The translations under genes and the position numbers were made by a program. Positions 11,350-13,917 of a stretch of DNA of 13,917 nucleotides are shown in pieces. Below the pieces are notes generated by a model. The model had not been told where the DNA came from. It saw only the letters and a program-made list of their open reading frames with translations, and made no database searches. Positions within the stretch are counted from its first letter, which is position 1. Each line of letters opens with the position of its first letter. The DNA comes from Azolla caroliniana (taxonomy: Eukaryota; Plantae; Polypodiophyta): assembly GCA_043228905.1 (NCBI GenBank), contig JBHGNT010000916.1, positions 1 through 13,917 of the forward strand, given 5' to 3'.

Positions 11350-13304
11350 TCGAGAGACATGACGAAATTAGCAACCTTGACGTGGGAGTTGAGAGGAGCC
11401 CTTGAGTAAATTAAAATGTTCATACCTGGCTCGTGTGATATCAGATTTTTGTGTTCAAACATGCGAATCGAAGCTAACAACGCTAGTTATGATATGGAAT
11501 TAAAAAATCAAAATTTTGACACTCAGGTCGAGAGACATGACCAAATTACCAAATTTGAGGAGTGAGTTGAGAGGAGCCCTTGAGTAAATTAAAATGTTCA
11601 TACCTGGCTCGTGTGATATCGGATTTCTGTGTTCAAACATGCGAATCGAAGCTAACAACGCTAGCTATGATATGGAATTAAAAAATCAAGATTTTGAAAC
11701 TCACGTCGAGAGACATGACGGAATTAGCAACCTTGACGATGGAGTTGAGAGGAGCCCTTGAGTAAATTAAAATGTTCATAACTGGCAAGTGTGATATCGG
11801 ATTTTTGTGTTCAAACATGTGAATCGAAGCTAACAACGCCAGCTATGATATGGAATTAAAAAATCAAGATTTTAACACTCACGTCGAGAGACATGACGAA
11901 ATTAGCAACCTTGACGAGGGAGTTGAGAGGAGCCCTTGAGTAAATTAAAATGTTCATAACTGGGAGTGTGATATCGGATTTTTGTGTTCACATATGCGAA
12001 TCGAAGGTAACAACGCTAGCTATGATATGGAATTAAGAAATAAAGATTTTGAAACTCAGGTCGAGAGAGAGGACCAAATTACCAAATTTGAGGAGTGAGT
12101 TGAGAGGAGCCCTTGAGTAAATTAAAATGTTCATACCTGGCTCGTGTGATATCGGCTTTTTGTGTTCAAACTTGTGAATCGAAGCTAACAACGCTAGCTA
12201 TGATATGGAATTAAAAAATCAAGATTTTGAAACTCACGTCGAGAGACATGACGAAATTAGCAACCTTGACGTGGGAGTTGAGAGGAGCCCTTGAGTAAAT
12301 TAAAATGTTCATACCTGGCTCGTGTGATATCGGATTTTTGTGTTCAAACATGTGAATCGAAGCTAACAACGCTAGCTATGATATGGAATTAAAAAATCAA
12401 GATTTTGAAACTCACGTCGAGAGACATGACGAAATTAGCAACCTTGACGTGGGAGTTGAGAGGAGCCCTTGAGTAAATTAAAATGTTCATACCTGGCGAG
12501 TGTAATATCGGATTTTTGTGTTCAAACATGCGAATCGAAGCTAACAACGCTAGCTATGATATGGAATTAAAACATCAACATTTTGAAACTCACGTCGAGA
12601 GACATGACGAAATTAGCAACCTTGACGTGGGAGTTGAGAGGAGCCCTTGAGTAAATTAAAATGTTCATACCTGGCTCGTGTGATATCGGATTTTTGTGTT
12701 CAAACATGCGAATCGAAGCTAACAACGCTAGTTATGATATGGAATTAAAAAATCAAAATTTTGACACTCAGGTCGACAGACATGACCAAATTACCAAATT
12801 TGAGGAGTGAGTTGAGAGGAGCCCTTGAGTAAATTAAAATGTTCATACCTGGCTCGTGTGATATCGGATTTTTGTGTTCAAACATGCGAATCGAAGCTAA
12901 CAATGCTAGCTATGATATTGAATTAAAAAATCAAGAGTTTGAAACTCACGTCGAGAGACATGACGAAATTAGCAACCTTGACGTGGGAGTTGAGAGGAGC
13001 CCTTGAGTAAATTAAAATGTTCATACCTGGCTCGTGTGATATCAGATTTTTGTGTTCAAACATGCGATCGAAGCTAACAACGCTAGTTATGATATGAATT
13101 AAAAAATCAAAATTTTGACACTCAGGTCGAGAGACATGACCAAATTACCAAATTTGAGGAGTGAGTTGAGAGGAGCCCTTGAGTAAATTAAAATGTTCAT
13201 ACCTGGCTCGTGTGATATCGGATTTCTGTGTTCAAACATGCGAATCGAAGCTAACAACGCTAGCTATGATATGGAATTAAATAATCAAGATTTTGAAACT
13301 CACG

Positions 13305-13451
13305 TCGAGAGACATGACGGAATTAGCAACCTGGACGATGAGTAGAGAGGAGCCCTTGAGTAAATTAAAATGTTCATAACTGGCAAGTGTGATATCGGAT
13401 TTTTGTGTTCAAACATGTGAATCGAAGCTAACAACGCTAGCTATGATAAGG
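13305..13451 (+). repeat. Truncated 147-bp monomer (about 30-bp deletion of the A-tract tail plus a small indel)
   Basis: CTATGATA (13441-13448) joins directly to AGGTCG; the TGGAATTAAAAAATCAA...CTC segment is missing. Confidence 0.85.
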
Positions 13452-13917
13452 TCGTGAGACATGACCAAATTACCAAAATTGAGGAGTGAGTTGAGAGGAG
13501 CCCTTGAGTAATTAAAAATGTTCATACCTGGCTCGTGTGATATCGGATTTTTGTGTTCAAACATGCGTATCGAAGCTAACAACGCTAGCTATGATATGGA
13601 ATTAAAAAATAAAGATTTTGAAACTCAGGTCGAGAGACATGACGAAATTAGCATCCTTGACGAGGGAGTTGAGAGGAGCCCTTGAGTAATTAAAATGTTC
13701 ATACTGGCGAGTGTAATATCGATTTTTGTGTTCAGACATGCGAATCGAAGCTAACAACGCTAGTTATGATATGGAATTAAAAAATCAAAATTTTCACACT
13801 CAGGTCGAGAGACATGACCAAATTACCAATTTGAGGAGTGAGTTGAGAGGAAGGCCCCTTGAGTAAATTAAAATGTTCATACCTGGCTCGTGTGATATCG
13901 GATTTTTATGTTCAAAC

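Larger units (their letters stand above)
1..13917 (+). repeat. Tandem satellite DNA array, 178-bp monomer, about 78.6 copies; probable centromeric/pericentromeric satellite
   Basis: TCGAGAGACATGAC recurs at 1, 179, 357, 535, 713, 891, 1069, 1247 and onward with a 178-bp period, broken only by a few deletions. There is no unique spacer and no inversion. The array runs off both window ends. The repeat call is direct; centromeric function is inferred only from monomer length and homogeneity. Confidence 0.98.

Noticed and set aside
1-13917. CRISPR array (conserved blocks alternating with more variable blocks)
   Set aside because: The variable segments are allelic versions of the same sequence, not unique spacers. 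The period is 178 bp, and there is no leader or cas gene.
1-13917. Protein-coding repeat gene or ORFs from the recurrent ATGs
   Set aside because: 178 is not a multiple of 3, and stop triplets are frequent on both strands (TAA/TGA/TAG and TTA/TCA/CTA). Any reading frame meets a stop within at most a few monomers, and I see no coding signal.

Overview
The whole 13,917-bp window is one head-to-tail tandem satellite array, all in the same orientation. It holds about 78.6 copies of a 178-bp monomer (about 37% GC; monomer phase set at TCGAGAGACATGAC). I find no genes, RNA genes, transposons or CRISPR array. Length and homogeneity fit a eukaryotic centromeric or pericentromeric satellite, possibly plant, but I cannot name the family or species. 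Diagnostic variants show layered structure: two monomer subtypes (A and B) and a near-perfect tandem 27-monomer higher-order repeat of 4,804 bp (1742-6545 / 6546-11349). There is also a 4-6 monomer cassette recurring five times, a nested trimer duplication, a 39-bp microhomology deletion, a divergent 15-bp patch in three monomers, chimeric junctions after 11.35 kb, and an indel-rich last ~850 bp that may be sequencing error. I see no evidence for a novel gene system; the interest is in satellite organisation and evolution. Monomer labels M1-M79 are my own numbering from position 1.
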